Part shown: in pieces, positions 30,380 to 43,868 of the stretch | Position numbering within the stretch: the stretch's first letter is position 1 | How the letters are laid out: each line of letters opens with the position of its first letter | NCBI GenBank assembly: GCA_033442325.1 | Contig: JAWQFM010000011.1 | Coordinates: 1,113,687-1,177,686, forward strand | DNA: 64,000 nt | Source: Salpingoeca rosetta | Taxonomy: Eukaryota; Protista; Choanoflagellata | Direction of reading: 5' to 3' | Translations under genes and position numbers: made by a program | The notes under the pieces: model-generated | The model's input: only the letters and a program-made list of their open reading frames with translations | Databases searched by the model: none | Told to the model about the DNA's origin: nothing

Positions 30380-32207
30380 CTAGAAAACGTAGCCCTTGGG
30401 GGAGAGGTCCCAGAAATCGCAATACTTTGCGCGGATGTTGTTCTGCACGTGCGACTGCACACCGGCAGTGGTGAAGTTGAGGGAGGGCTGCTCCTTCTTG
30501 GTGAAGACGGGCCACGTGACGTTGTGGCTCGTGCCGGGCGCCAGCGTCTTGGCAAAGTTGGTCCAGTACGCGGTGAGCGACTTGGTCAGCTGCTTCTCCT
30601 TGGCATCAAAGTTGACGCCACACAGCGGCGCAGAGTCGAACACAAATGGCAGCTCAACCGCGTGGCAGGCGTGGCCCTCGCAGAACGTATAGTTTGGGCC
30701 CCAGTGCCCGCGCTCGTCCCACGCGTGGTCAAACACGTAATGGTACACGGGCACATTGTCCTCGCGCATGCGCAGCGTGACGTTGCGGGAGGAGCAGTCA
30801 ATGATGAAGTCCGACGCAAGGCGCGAGATGTACGGGCGGTAGTCGTCCATGTGTTCGGGGACCGGGTACATCTTGCGAATCTCCTTGGGCTCGTGGTGGC
30901 CGCCAAAGATGACGTCAATCAGGGCCTCCGCCTCGAGCTTGTTCAGCTTGGGGAAGGCTTCAAAGACAAACGGCCACGCCTCCTGGCCCACGTTGCCGAT
31001 GACCACTGGCACCTTGTTGTACTCGCCCTTGCCAATGGCGGTGAGCGGGTCCGCGGGGAGTAGCTTGCCGTCGACCGTCGGGGTCCACGGAAAGAACATG
31101 ACGAGCGGGCGGTCGAGCCAGATCTTGTTCTGCGCCGTCATCTGCGCCGTCACGACCTGGTCTGGCGTGAGGCTGTACAGGCACTTCTTGTCGCTTGGGT
31201 TGCAACCGGCGTCCTTGGCAAACACGGCGTAGTGTTCGCCGGCCTTGTCTGGCGTGAGCAGCGGCAGCGCATAGGGCGAGCTCTCCACAATAGCGCCGCG
31301 GAAGAGGCCCTTCGACTGCGGGGACACGAGGTGCGTCGACACGCTGGTTGCGCCCGCGCTCTGGCCAAAGATGGTCACCTTGGACGGGTCGCCGCCAAAG
31401 GCCGCCACGTTGTCGCGCACCCAGCGCAGGGAGAACTGCTGGTCGAGGAGGCCGTAGTTGCCCTCGAGGCCCAGGTCGGGCATGGCCAGGAAGCCCAGGA
31501 CGCCCAGGCGGTAGTTGACGGTGACCACAACAACGTCGTGGGCGGCGACGACGCGCTGAGCATCGTACAGCTCCACGCCCTCGGAGCCTTGCTCGTAGCG
31601 GCCACCGTGGAACCACACCATGACGGCGTACTTGCCCTGTTTCAGCGGTGCGTACACGTTCAAGTACAGGCAGTCCTCGCTCAGGTCGGCCTGGCATCCA
31701 AGCGGCGGCAGATGGCATTGCTGCAGTGCGTGTATGTGTGCGTGCATGCGAGCGTGTGCGTGTGTGTTTATGTGAGGAGAGTCGGGGATCGGCGATCAAA
31801 GGATGGGGGTTGGTTAATGCACACACACAGACACACAGACAGACACGCCGCACACACATACACAGACAGACACACACAGACAGACACACACATACACACG
31901 CAGCGCACGTAGACAAATAACCAACCTGTGGGCAGCCGGGACCAAAGGTGGTGGTGTTCTTGACACTGGACCATGGGGTGACCTTGGTGGTGCTTGTCCA
32001 ACGACGCTCACCAACAGGTGGAGCAGCATAAGGAATGCCTTTCCAGATGCGTGCATCCTTCGTGGCAAAACCTTGCACCTCTCCGTCCAGAATCTTCACT
32101 CGGGTCGGCCCTTCACCGGCACCGTTCACAACAGCAGCCATCATGGCCGCACATGCCACCACAGCAAGCAGCAGCACGCTGCCTCGCTCCATCCTCGGCA
32201 TCATCAT
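30380..32207 (-). CDS. Type-B carboxylesterase/lipase (cholinesterase-like), secreted, 2 exons
   Basis: Signal-like hydrophobic N-terminus, WKGIPYAAPPVGERRW, SEDCLYLNVY, WFHGG, NYRLGVLGF, nucleophile GQSAG, acid NVGQE, catalytic His in CHAVELPFVF, YWTNFAKT. Confidence 0.95.
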
Positions 32208-32571
32208 CGTGATCGCGGTCGTTGTGGGCGAAGGAAGAGATGTCGCAAGCAAAACAAACACAAGCCCAAAACACAGAAAGTGGAGCAAATATGGAAGTTT
32301 ATCTGAAGATATCAACGAAAAAGCATACATTGATTGTCCGCTGGCGGCGCGCAAACAAACAGCAGAAGCAACACACTGTCTGCTGATGACAGGCAATTCA
32401 ACGCACTGCGCAAGGGGAAGATTGATGGCTGACTTGCGTTGGACGTGGAACAATCGAGCGAGAAAGCAGCCAGCACGCAGGGAAGGGAGGAAGGCAACCA
32501 ACCGTTCATTCGCTGGCGGCTCTGCGTCGTGTCAGCAGCACTTTCCTTGGGCAGGCACGCACTGCAGACAG

Positions 32572-34163
32572 ATGCTACAGATGGTGGGGATGAAAAGAAG
32601 ACCGCCCTGGCGCTCGTCGAGTCGGTGGTGGTGGTGGTGGTCCGCGATGAAGCCAGGGCGTGCGAGAACGCTGCCACTGCCGCTGCCGGTGTCGGTGCTG
32701 CCGGTGTTTCTTTCGCTCGTGGTGTTTGTGCTCAGCGGCGTGAACGATGCAGTGTCCAACACCAGTGGGGTTGCTGCAGCTGCCTCTGCCGTTGACTTGT
32801 GCGACGCGAGCTTCCTCAACCAGAGTGGGTACACAATTCCAGCGTCGCAGCTTGGTAACGCAGAGCAGCTGCACACGTATGAGGAAGACATTGGCCGACA
32901 GGTTGTGGACATCCACTTTTCGCCTGTGAAGTTTCCGGTCAGCGTGACGTTCGTGCTGCTCGTGCTCCTCTGCATGCGCGTGCTCTTCCACGACCTCAAG
33001 CTCAACAGGTTCATTCCAGACTCCATTGCCACCATCTTCTTGGGCATCATCATCGGCTTCTACCTCAAATCCCAGAACATCGGTCAGCCCCAGGAGATGT
33101 GTGTGTGTGTGTGTTTGCGTGTTTATGTGTGTTTGTGAGGCTGTGTGTTTGCGTGGTTATGTGTGTGTGTGTGTGAGGCTGTGTCGATGTGTGTGTTTGT
33201 GAGGCTGTGTCTATGTGCGTGTGTGCCTGTCTGTCTGGATGTCTGGATGTCCGCGTGTGTGTGTGTGTGTGTCTGTGTGCCTGTCTGTGTCTGTGGCTGT
33301 CTGCGCCATACTTTTGCAGGCTTTGCCCCCCACCTTACTCAACTTGTAACTCATCCTGCTGCTGGCTGGCTGTCGTGCAGAGAGCTTTCGGTTTGACAGT
33401 CACACGTTCTTCATCTTCCTGCTGCCTTGGATCGTGCTTGAGGTGAGAGCCGCAAGACATGGACTGTCATCAACGCGTACTGCAACTGTGAATGAAAACA
33501 CTCGTTGTCGAGCAAGAAAGGTACACCACCCTCGGTCCACGTGCTCGTGAACCAACACGCTTGCGCCAGCTCACATGCACACAATCACGCGTGCGCGTGC
33601 GTGCATATGTGGCTGACCGGCAGGATGGCTATTTCTCCAACCTGCACCGCTTCCTCTCCAACCTGTCCACCATCTTGCTCTTCGCTGTCGTCGGCACCGC
33701 TGCCTCCACCTTTGCCATCGGCTACCTCGCATATGGCGTGGCAGACGGAACGGGCGTGTTCCTCCCAGCAACCGAAGGTTGTGTATGTGCGCGTGAGCGG
33801 TGTGTGCGTGTGCGTGAGCGGTGTGTGCGTGTGTGCGTGTGTGCGTGTGTGTAAGGTGTGAGAGAGTGTGTGCGTGAGCTGTGGTCTCGACGTGCCAATA
33901 GCACGCATGTGTTGATGTTTACTTCACCGCCTTGGCCCAGGGTCCCAGCCATCCTCACTAACGCTGCTATTCATGCCTGCATGCATCGTGGTACCCCTTC
34001 CACAGCGCTTGTGTTTGGCGCGCTGATCAGTGCTGTGGACCCTGTGGCCGTGCTGGCCGTGTTTGAGGAGATTGGTGTGCAGCAGAAGCTCTTCAACGTT
34101 GTTGCCGGCGAAAGCATCATCAACGATGCCATGTCCATCGTCCTCTACAGGTCCGCTGCCGTG

Positions 34164-34230
<67 letters not shown>

Positions 34231-34590
34231 GCGGCTTGCTTCACATCTTGCTTCACACAACTCACAAGAAACTACACCCTCTCTATACACCACGCACATG
34301 CTGCCCACATCATCACGCTCGTTCAGAATCTTTGTAGCGCTGGCATACTCGAGTGCACGCCCTGACAAGCACCTTCATGCTGGCGAGGCTGTTGGTATTG
34401 GCATTGCAGAATTCCTGGTCACTTTCGGAGGTGGGCGCACGCAAGGTGTACAGGTCAAAGGGGAAGCAGAGAGGGAGAGGGGGAAATGCTTGTTGTGCTA
34501 CGCGGTGGGTTGGATGCCTTGTCTTGAGTTGATCTTTGTGGTTTGTTCTTGCGCGTGGCAACCAGCATACACAAAGGAATGTTCACAATC

Positions 34591-34662
<72 letters not shown>

Positions 34663-36497
34663 TCCCAAGGCGGCGTGCTGCTTGGCGGCATCGGCGGCCT
34701 GCTTGCGTCGCTCCTAATCATGCTGACGCCAACGCTGCCCACCGTCGGGCCCATCATCATCGTGGGCATTGGGTACATCACATATCTCACCGCAGAGATC
34801 TTCCACTTTTCCGGAATCATCTCCATCCTCGTCGCCGGCATGGTCATGCAGGTGTGTGTGCGTGCGTGTGTGTGCATGTGTGTTCGTATCTGTGCGTGCG
34901 TGTGTGTGCATGTGTGTTCGTATCTCTGTGTGTGTGTTTGTGTGAACATGCGCAGCTGCGTGTGTTTATGTGGCACATTTCGCAATTGCACGCAAGCTAA
35001 CGAATAAATACCCTGTCCCTCCCCACCAACACACACACACACACACATGCACGCAACACAGCGCTATGCGTCTGGTAATTTGAAGACGCACGCGCGCACG
35101 GGATTGCAGTACATTCTGAAGATTGCAGCGTCCCTGGCGGAATCCATCGTGTTTGTCGTGCTGGGCACTGAGCTGGTGCTGTCGATTGAGAGCGGCTGGG
35201 ACACCGCGTTTGCCTTCTCCATGATCTTTGGCGTGCTGCTCGTGCGCTGCGTACTGATTGTGGCGCTGTGCGAGTTGTCAAATCTCTTTGGCGGCAAGCG
35301 CATCTCCTTCAAGTCGCAGTTCATCATTGGTTATGGCGGGCTCCGTGGCGCCGTCGCCTTTGCGCTCGCTGTTGTTCTCCTCGACGACAGACAGCTGTGC
35401 GACGAGGATGGTGCGCCCTTCCCGCCATTTCGCACGCGGAATCTCATCGTCTCCACCACCATTGGCATCGTCATGTTCACGACCATTGTTCAGGTGAGGA
35501 GGCGCGGTCGTATCGCCACACGGAACTATGAGCTGGGGAGATGGGGAGATGGGGTCATGTCTGGTGTGGTGTAATCGGGGGCAGGTGTTGTAGTGAGAGT
35601 TGTTGAAGGAGTGGTGTGGACGAGAGAATGGTTGATTTCATCAGCTCCTCCTCCTCTACCACCATGAGAGAATGGTTAATTTCATCTGCTTCACCACCAC
35701 CACCACCATCACCATCTATGTGCCGTTCCTGCGGCTTCTTCCAAAGTCCCTCCTTCCCTTGCCTCTTTCCTCACACAATACACCGCCTTGCGTGAACGTG
35801 TGCACGTGACAATCCCCCGATATGCAGGGCCTGACAATCAAGCCCATATTGAAACTGCTGCACATCCCACTTCGCAAGCCCGACGCAAGCACCGAGGGCA
35901 AGAAGACGTTCATGGCGATTGTGGACCTCACCGTCCACCACGCCGCCTCCGCTGCCATCCTCATCAATGGTGGGTACATCGCGGTGCCTGCGATGGAGCG
36001 CTGCAACGCATGTTGGTTGTATGTGCACGTACACTCGCACACACACTCGCACACACACTCGCACACACACTCGCACACACACTCGCACACACACACACAC
36101 GTACACACGCGCTCACACACGCTCACACACGCTCACACGCTCACATTATTTGTCCCATTCCATCCCCCCCCCCCACAACATGCTTCTTTATCCCACCACA
36201 TCAGGCATTTCCCCGGAGAACGTGTTCTGGGTGATGGGCGAGAAGATTGACGAGCATTTGCTCAACTTCTTCCAGGACCGAAACCGCCTGGCGCCAAAGG
36301 CCGTATTCGACTACATTGAGGAGGACATCCATTGCACAGCGCGATCGGTACGAGTGTTGTTGGTGTAGCTCGTGCATTCCATTTTTCTGCTGCTGCTGTT
36401 GTTGTTGCTGTGATGGTGGTGCGTCAGCCATGAGGAGTGCATCATTGCGTGTCTAGTGTGGCCGCCTTAGCTGTGCTCGCTCATGCTCACACGTCTG

Positions 36498-36572
<75 letters not shown>

Positions 36573-38803
36573 CAAACAACCCTCAACCAATACAACAAAC
36601 GTGGCTCGTGGCACATTCACAGATGGTGACGGCAATGCGTGTGAGCGCGCGTCGCATCCGCGATGACACGTCGCTGTCATCGGAGGCCAAAGCTGCGGAA
36701 ATGCACCGAACAGTGCAACACCACCTGACGCAGGCAACGGGGCGCTTGCGTGATCGCGTTTCAAAGGCGTTTACATCCGGTGCCATGCAAGAAGAATACG
36801 ACCGCCACCACCGCGGGCGAAGGTACCAGAACCTGCTCAAGCAGCGCGCGCAGCTTGTGCGGCAAAAACGTTTTGACGAGGAGGACTGGGCGCACCATCA
36901 GCGAAACGCGTTCAGACAGGCTGCCCACCACCGGCGAAGGGTGGACGAGCCAGACCGCATGCCAAGCATCACGCGTCGCCCACACTCTTACGAGCTGGAC
37001 TGCGTGCATCCTGACAGTCACGGCAACGCTGGCCGGTGGCACCGTCTACTGCGGCGTGGGCACGAGTGGACGAAGCAGATGGCTGCGGAGAACACGGGGA
37101 GTGCGGCGGCATCAACAGCATCAGCAGCAGCGGCAGTAAGGAGGCGACGAAGAAAGGGCGGCGAAGGAGGACGAGGACGAGGAGGAGGCGGGGATGCACA
37201 ACTGTGCGACCGAACAGAGAGCGAGCCGCGACCAGGTGCCGGCACGTCCGTTGGACTGCCAACACGCGCGCCAAGCAGCGGTTCGCGGGATGTTCATGGT
37301 CGCGGCAATGGGGGCCTGCTGTCGTCGTGGTTCCGGCGGCTCAGTGGACGTTCAACGCCGTCGCCGCTGCTGTCACCAAAGGCGGCGTCGACCCCTGCTG
37401 CTCCCCTCGCGCCACTCAGCCCAACGAGCAGCGATGGGCATGATGGACACGGTGGCGTGGACGGCGGTGATGGCCAGGGGAGGCGGCACGAGCAACAGCG
37501 CGATTTGCGATTGAGTGATGGTGATGATGATGGCACAGCGCGGAAGCAGCTGGGGCAGTCCTCAACACAAACAAAGGGAGTTCAGGTGTCGGAAGAAGGC
37601 GAGGGCACCAGCAGTGCTGAAGTGCGAGGCCGGGCCGGTGGACGCGGCGGTGCTGGCGGTGGCGGCGCACGTGGCTCGCTCTCCGTGCGGGGCATGACGA
37701 GTGTGTCAAGTGAGCGGCTGGCAGCGAGCGAACCGAGTGTGGAGGATGAGGAGATGGAGCGAAGGTCAGGGGCTGGACTGCCGCTGTACTCGCTGGAGGA
37801 CGACCGGATCATGACGCCGTCGTCAGCACGAAGCAGCAGTGAGGTGGCAACAGCGGCAGCCCGCAGCGTTGGCGATGATGGTGATGGTGATGGTGGTGGT
37901 GGTCAGAAGCGTAGGGCTGGGCGATGGAGTGGTGGGGAGCGGGATGAGCGGTATTGCTACTACGCACAGAACCGTGGGCGAAAAGGGATCAGCAACACGG
38001 AGGAAGAGGAGGAGTGGAAGCAGCACGAGGGAGAGGAGCACGTGCGGGTAAAGGAGGCGGGAGAGGGGGGCGGCGGCCGAACAGAACGTCGTGGTGAAGG
38101 GGCCGAGCACGTTACCGACGGCGATGAAGAGGAGGGAGAGGAGGGGGAGGAGGGAGAGGAGGGAGAGGAGGGAGAACAGGACGTTGGTGGTGGTGGTGGA
38201 AAGACGCGTGACACGAAGCAGGGCAAGGACAAGAAAGCAGCAAGAAGAAGAACGAGAAGACGAAAGCGAAGCACAGCAACACGCAGCAGAAGAGGGAGTG
38301 AGTGGGGCTACGACAGCCTGTATGCGCCGGAACTGGTTGCAGAGGAGATGACAGACCTCGCTTTTCGACCAACAGCGTCGTGGCCCCTCACGACATCGCA
38401 GCAGCAGGCGGAGGCAGTGGAGGATCGTGCTGGCCGCGGTGAGCACCGACCGCGCAGTGCAGAACGACGCAGGGGGAGAGGCTCGAGCCGCAATGGCATG
38501 CATTGGATGGGCAGTGACGCGCTGGCGCGGTGTGGTGATGGTAGTCGTGGTGATCGTGATGGTGATGGTGGTGGTGATGACTCGAAGGGGCAGGGAGGCA
38601 GCGTAGGCGAAGGCGTGAGTGCTCGGGAACGAGGGGAGCAACCCGTGACGGCGAGAGGAGAGAGGGAGACACGGCGCAGTGGTGCTGGTGATCAGGGTAC
38701 ACGGGGTGGCAGTGATGATAACGATCATCATCACGACAACCACGACCATGACGGGGAAGGTGGCTCATCTGGTTCAGATGATGCCATTGTGTTTATCGTG
38801 TGA
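32572..38803 (+). CDS. CPA1 Na+/H+ exchanger, NHE1-5 (plasma-membrane)-like, with long disordered C-tail
   Basis: [80 protein letters not shown]. Last exon ~36623-38803 is low complexity. Start codon uncertain. Confidence 0.92.
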
Positions 38804-39211
38804 TGTGAGCCCGTGTGCTGTGTGGTTATGCATGACGACACCACATCATGACGTGACTCTGATGTGAACGAATATATTTGACATGATGTGACATGGTGTG
38901 ACATGACATGAATTGAAGCCCGCAAACCAATGGCAGTTATGGAGCGAACAACGGCTCAAGAGACAATGTATGAAGCATCATTGGCTTTGATGGTGGGTAC
39001 AAGTAAGCTAGTCACGCGAAAAGAAAAGAGAGTGGTGGGGGTGGGGGTGTCGCAGTTGGCAGTGCACGATGAAGCCAGCCTGGTTTCAGTGCATGTGCAT
39101 GTGTATGTGCGCACAAAAAAAGATGCGTGCATGTGTATGTGATACGTTGGGAGCAACCGCGCATGCCTGTGACACGATGAGGAAAGTCACTTGACACTTG
39201 GCTGCACTTCG

Positions 39212-41251
39212 TCAATGGTGCGTGAGATGAACGTCGCTGTTCCCCGTCTCCATGTCGTAACCAAACGCCTCAAACGCGGCGCCCCACCGCCTGTTGATTG
39301 CGTCACGCTGTGCGGACGTCAGAGGTTCAAAGACGTTCTTCTGAAAGTCGCGAATCTCATTCAGATGCTCCTTGAGTTTGGGCAGCGCCACCGTCTCAAA
39401 GTCTGGCCAGCCGAGCTGCTCGTACACTTTGCGAATCTGGTCCAGCATCACCGTGCATGTCAGCAAAGGGATGGGAAGTGACAGACGGTGAGTAGCATGT
39501 TCGATGGTGGCTTGTGCGGTTTTGCGTGCACGTGCGTTATGCACAACGGCAGACACTTTCGTGCATGCGCACGCATAGACACACGCAGGCACAGAGAGAG
39601 AGAGAGAGACACACACACACACACACACAGAGGCACACACATGCACATACACATACACACACACATACACATACACAGGCGCACACAGGCGCACGTACAC
39701 ACAGGCAGCACGCATTTTCCCCACCACTTACGCACGCATGCACGCACCGTGCCGATCTTGTCTGCTTGCAGCTCGTCGTATGAGATTTCCACCAAGTTGT
39801 GTTTTGGAATCAGCTTCCGGTCCTCCATGTAACCGGCAAAGAGTTCCTCATACATCGCAAACACAAACTCGTTCATCTGCGCATTTGTTGGCATGGACAG
39901 GAAGTTGTACCACAGCAACTTGTCTGCAACAATGAAGATTGAAGTGGAGAGAGAGTGTGTGTGTGTGTGTGTTTGTGGTGTGGGAGCGGTGTGTGTGTGG
40001 TGTGTGTGTGTGTGTGGTGTGTGGTGTGTGAATGTAGTGGTGGTGGCGGGGATGGTGTGAGCAGGAGAGTGAGTGTACTTTTGCGAGCGAGTGAGGGTGT
40101 ATGCTGTTGGTTTCGGGATAAAGGCGCAGTACAGGGCTTAAGATCACAAGCACACCAGTGCTGACCAAAGAGATTGATTGTCGACCGGTACACGCGGTAT
40201 GGGTTGCGGTGGATGTACACAAACTGTGCATCAGGAAACAGCTCCAGCAGCAACTTCACCTGTACGCACGTTCGTGTGTGTGTGTGTGTGTGCATATGCA
40301 AGTGTGTTCGCACCAAAAGGTGGAGGCGGAACAATCGAGGGATGAGGCATCCTCAGTGCATTCTCACACACACACACACACTCTCTCTCACTCTCACACA
40401 TGCATACAGCATGCTGGCTCACTTTGCCTGTGTGGCTTGGAGATTTGAGGAGGAGGCGCCTGCCTTTCGCCATCACGCTCAACCGACGCACAAAGTCCAT
40501 GATTGCAGACTTGTGTCTGCAGTGTCAGTGTGTGTGTGTGTGTGTATGTGCATGTGTGTGTGTATGTGTATGTGTGCGTGTGTGTTTGAGGAGGAAAGGC
40601 AGCCTTCTCCACAGCAAAGCATCATCCCACAACTGAGGGAACCGATGCGTGTGACCGATGCATCGTCCGGCAGCAGGCACCATCAAACTCTCCTGCGCTC
40701 CTTGCAACCTACTCGTCTCGTTCGCGCTGGTCGACATCCTTGAGGCGGATGTATTTCTTGAGCTCCTCCGAATGCGACATGAAGATGAACGACGCATACA
40801 TGGACACGCCAGCTGTGGAGCGCTGGTGGCGGCGGTGGTGGTAGTGTGGACGACGTGAGTGTGGAAGCATTGAAGCATTGAAGCATTGAAGCATTGAAGC
40901 ATTGAAGCATAGAAGCATTGAAGCATAGAAGCATGGAAGCAGCGCGCGTCTCACGAGCGCACGCGAAGCACAAGCAGATGCACAACACATAATGCGTGCG
41001 AGTACACACACACCTACATGCATGCGATCACACAAACGGCGTGACGACAAGGGCGTACCAAATATGCAAATTCATCCTCCTGCGGTGTGTCGATGTTGAG
41101 CGCCACGTCGTCCATGGGCCGCGTCTTTGTCAAGTGCTGGCCGTGCTTGTGCCGCAGGTTGTAGCGCCAGATGAAGCTCTTGTGCAGGCCAACCTGTCTC
41201 AAGAGGAAGGGAACCACCAGTGCAGCAACACATTATGTGTGTGTGTGTGTT

Positions 41252-41301
<50 letters not shown>

Positions 41302-41320
41302 GTACACGTGTGGGGTGTAT

Positions 41321-41392
<72 letters not shown>

Positions 41393-42085
41393 CATGAAGC
41401 AGATGGTGCCTGAGGGCCTTGTCACACATGTGTGCGCTGCACTTACGATGAATGTTGTTGGGCAGAAGAAGTCTGTGGTGTTCTCGGACAGGAGGTTGTG
41501 CAGCAGCGTTGTTCCAGAGCGCGGGTGGCCTGAAGCAGGAGGAAGGAGGAAGGAAGGAGGAAGGAAGGAAGGACCACAGGCGACCAGGTGAGACACCATG
41601 ACACCAGCGAAGATCAGCCACATTCGTGGCTTCTGTTGAGATCAACGGCGCATGGCATCATGTCTTGAGATGGACACACCGAGCACGAAGACGGGGCGCT
41701 TGTTGATGGCGGCGTTTCTGATCTTGGCACCATTGAGGATCCACTCGATGATTGCAAAGGCTGTGGAGACGATGGAGGCAAAGGTAACGGCCAAGATGCG
41801 TCTCCAGTACACGCGCCAGGTGATGATAGATCGGAAGCGCCACAGGAACCTGATCCAGTTCCACAGCAACACGCCACCCATGAAGTTCAGCTTCAGCGTG
41901 GAATCCCTTTGAAGGTGTTTGTGTTGTGTTGTGTTGTGTGTGTGTGTGTGTGTACATGGGTGAGTTGACAAGGAAAAGAGGGAGAGAGGAAGCGTGGGCG
42001 TGTGATGCATCCATCAACCTCCCATCACCATCACCATCAGCATCACCAACAGAGCCAGCAACAACCCAAACACAAGGGCACGCAC

Positions 42086-42146
<61 letters not shown>

Positions 42147-42292
42147 ACACACACACACGCACACACACGCACACACACGCACATGCATACATACATGTGC
42201 TTGGGGGTAAAGGTGAACAAGTCATCGTCACTCTTTACAAAGCTGGCAGCCGCAGCCGCATTCGCTACCGAGGAGGAAGGAGGTGGTGACAT
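39212..42292 (-). CDS. PAPS-dependent sulfotransferase, Sulfotransfer_3 / bacterial Stf3-like type (multi-exon)
   Basis: PVFVL|[14 protein letters not shown] (5'-PSB loop), [51 protein letters not shown] (3'-PB), [18 protein letters not shown]. Confidence 0.9.
40864..40940. repeat. 8-bp tandem repeat (GAAGCAT[T/A]) in a sulfotransferase intron
   Basis: Direct reading. Confidence 0.9.
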
Positions 42293-42509
42293 GCCTGTGG
42301 TGTGATGGTTATGGCGCTGATAGGCCAGTGAGAGAGCGATGTTTGTGGTAGAGAGAGAGAGTGTGTGTGTGTGTGTGTGTGTGTGAGCGATGGCTCAGCT
42401 CATACAGCCCATCGATGGCGTTTGGCCGCGGAATAGTGTATGATATCATTCACCAATTCTCATCAACGCTGGGTCCTTCCTCACTCTTGCTTGACAGAGC
42501 AGAGAGGCG

Positions 42510-43868
42510 ATGGTGGTGTTGGCTGTGCTGGGTTTGGTGCGGGTTGTGCTTGCAGCAGCTGCAGCTCTCACAGGACACGCCCATGAACACGAAGGCAGCA
42601 GTAACAGCAACAGCACTAGCAGCAACAGCAACAGCAACAGTAGCAGCAACAGCACGAGCAGCAACAACAGCAACAGTAGCAACAACACTAGCAGCAACAA
42701 CAGTAGCAACAACAGCAACAACAGTAACAGCAACAGCAGGAATAGTCGCAGTAGTGGAAGTGAGTTGGCACGAGCAGCTACAGAGCAAGCCCGAAGCCCA
42801 ACTGCGACAGCGGACGCGACATGCACGACCGGAGAACCACAGACACTTGAAGAAGGCGGTGGCGACCCGGGTGCATCGCTGTTACCAACCGTGCGCGTGT
42901 CAAGCGCAGACAGGCCCATCTGCTTGTTGATGGACATTGGTTCGTTGCGGGCAGGGTCTGTGTTGAGTATGCGCAGAATTGCAGACGCGTTGACACTGAA
43001 GCTCGTTTCAGGTCATCCTCCACAGCACAGAGACAGCCTCCAGCACACTGGGGCAAGCTTGGTCGTGCCCACGAGCATCGGCTTTTCCAATCGCATTGGC
43101 GTGCGCGAGTTGAACGGGCAGCCAGCGGAGACAACAGTACAGGCGCTGGAGCGCTTTGTTCGCGCGGGGCACCGGCACTTTGTTGTGCTGCCGCTGTTTC
43201 TTGGACCCAGCACAGCCATCACCAAGTGCACGCGTGCACTGCGCGCAGCTGCAGGCAAGCTGACATCGGATCATGTCTCCATCAAAGTGGCACCACACCT
43301 TGTGTCACCGTCAGACCCCAGAATAGCGCAGGCCATCGCCACAAACGTGCACGTGGTTCTTGACGACGCTGGCGTATGGACACCCGCCACAGGCAGCACA
43401 GACAGCAAGGCGTCCGTTGCAGAGGCGGGTGCGCCGGGATCCGTAACACGCAGCACCACAAACCGCATCCACGTTGTGGTCGTGGACCATGGCACGCCAA
43501 CGCGCGCCGTCAATGACGTGCGCAACCTGCTTGCTGCACAAGTTCGGCGGGAACTTGGATCGAACGTGGTGATTGTTCAGGCGGCATCCATGGAGCGCCG
43601 ACGCGGCCAGGAGTACGACTTCAACGACCCGTTGCTGGAGGACGTGCTGGACACATTGCCATGGCAGCCCGGTGACGTCGTTGTTGTTGCGTTGGCCTTC
43701 ATCTCGCCCGGGCGGCACGCCGGGCCACAGGGTGACATTACCCGCACTGTGGAAGGACTGCGGGCTGCGTATCCAGCACTCACGCTGCTGGTCACAGACG
43801 TGCTTGGGCAGCGGCAACAGCTCTCAAACACCCTCATCGACAGGTTTCACGCAGCAGCGGCGGTCTGA
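42510..43868 (+). CDS. Intronless CbiX/SirB-like class II chelatase (two-domain)
   Basis: Uninterrupted 452-aa ORF with LMDIGSLR, VVLPLFLGPS, VVVDHGTP, AASMERR.GQEYDFNDPLL and FISPGRHAGPQGDI, preceded by a hydrophobic leader and an Asn/Ser repeat. Confidence 0.8.
   Translation: MVVLAVLGLVRVVLAAAAALTGHAHEHEGSSNSNSTSSNSNSNSSSNSTSSNNSNSSNNTSSNNSSNNSNNSNSNSRNSRSSGSELARAATEQARSPTATADATCTTGEPQTLEEGGGDPGASLLPTVRVSSADRPICLLMDIGSLRAGSVLSMRRIADALTLKLVSGHPPQHRDSLQHTGASLVVPTSIGFSNRIGVRELNGQPAETTVQALERFVRAGHRHFVVLPLFLGPSTAITKCTRALRAAAGKLTSDHVSIKVAPHLVSPSDPRIAQAIATNVHVVLDDAGVWTPATGSTDSKASVAEAGAPGSVTRSTTNRIHVVVVDHGTPTRAVNDVRNLLAAQVRRELGSNVVIVQAASMERRRGQEYDFNDPLLEDVLDTLPWQPGDVVVVALAFISPGRHAGPQGDITRTVEGLRAAYPALTLLVTDVLGQRQQLSNTLIDRFHAAAAV
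42590..42740 (+). repeat. (AAC/AGC)n coding repeat giving an Asn/Ser linker in the CbiX-like ORF
   Basis: Direct reading. Confidence 0.85.

Noticed and set aside
30960-33138. Apparently overlapping long ORFs of the esterase and NHE (starts 32501 and 32035)
   Set aside because: Upstream extensions through a shared promoter; the likely real starts are ~32207 and ~32572.
28171-43868. Rhodanese, esterase, sulfotransferase and chelatase as a biosynthetic gene cluster
   Set aside because: No scaffold synthase and interrupted by an NHE; only the tight divergent pair is kept as a weak lead.
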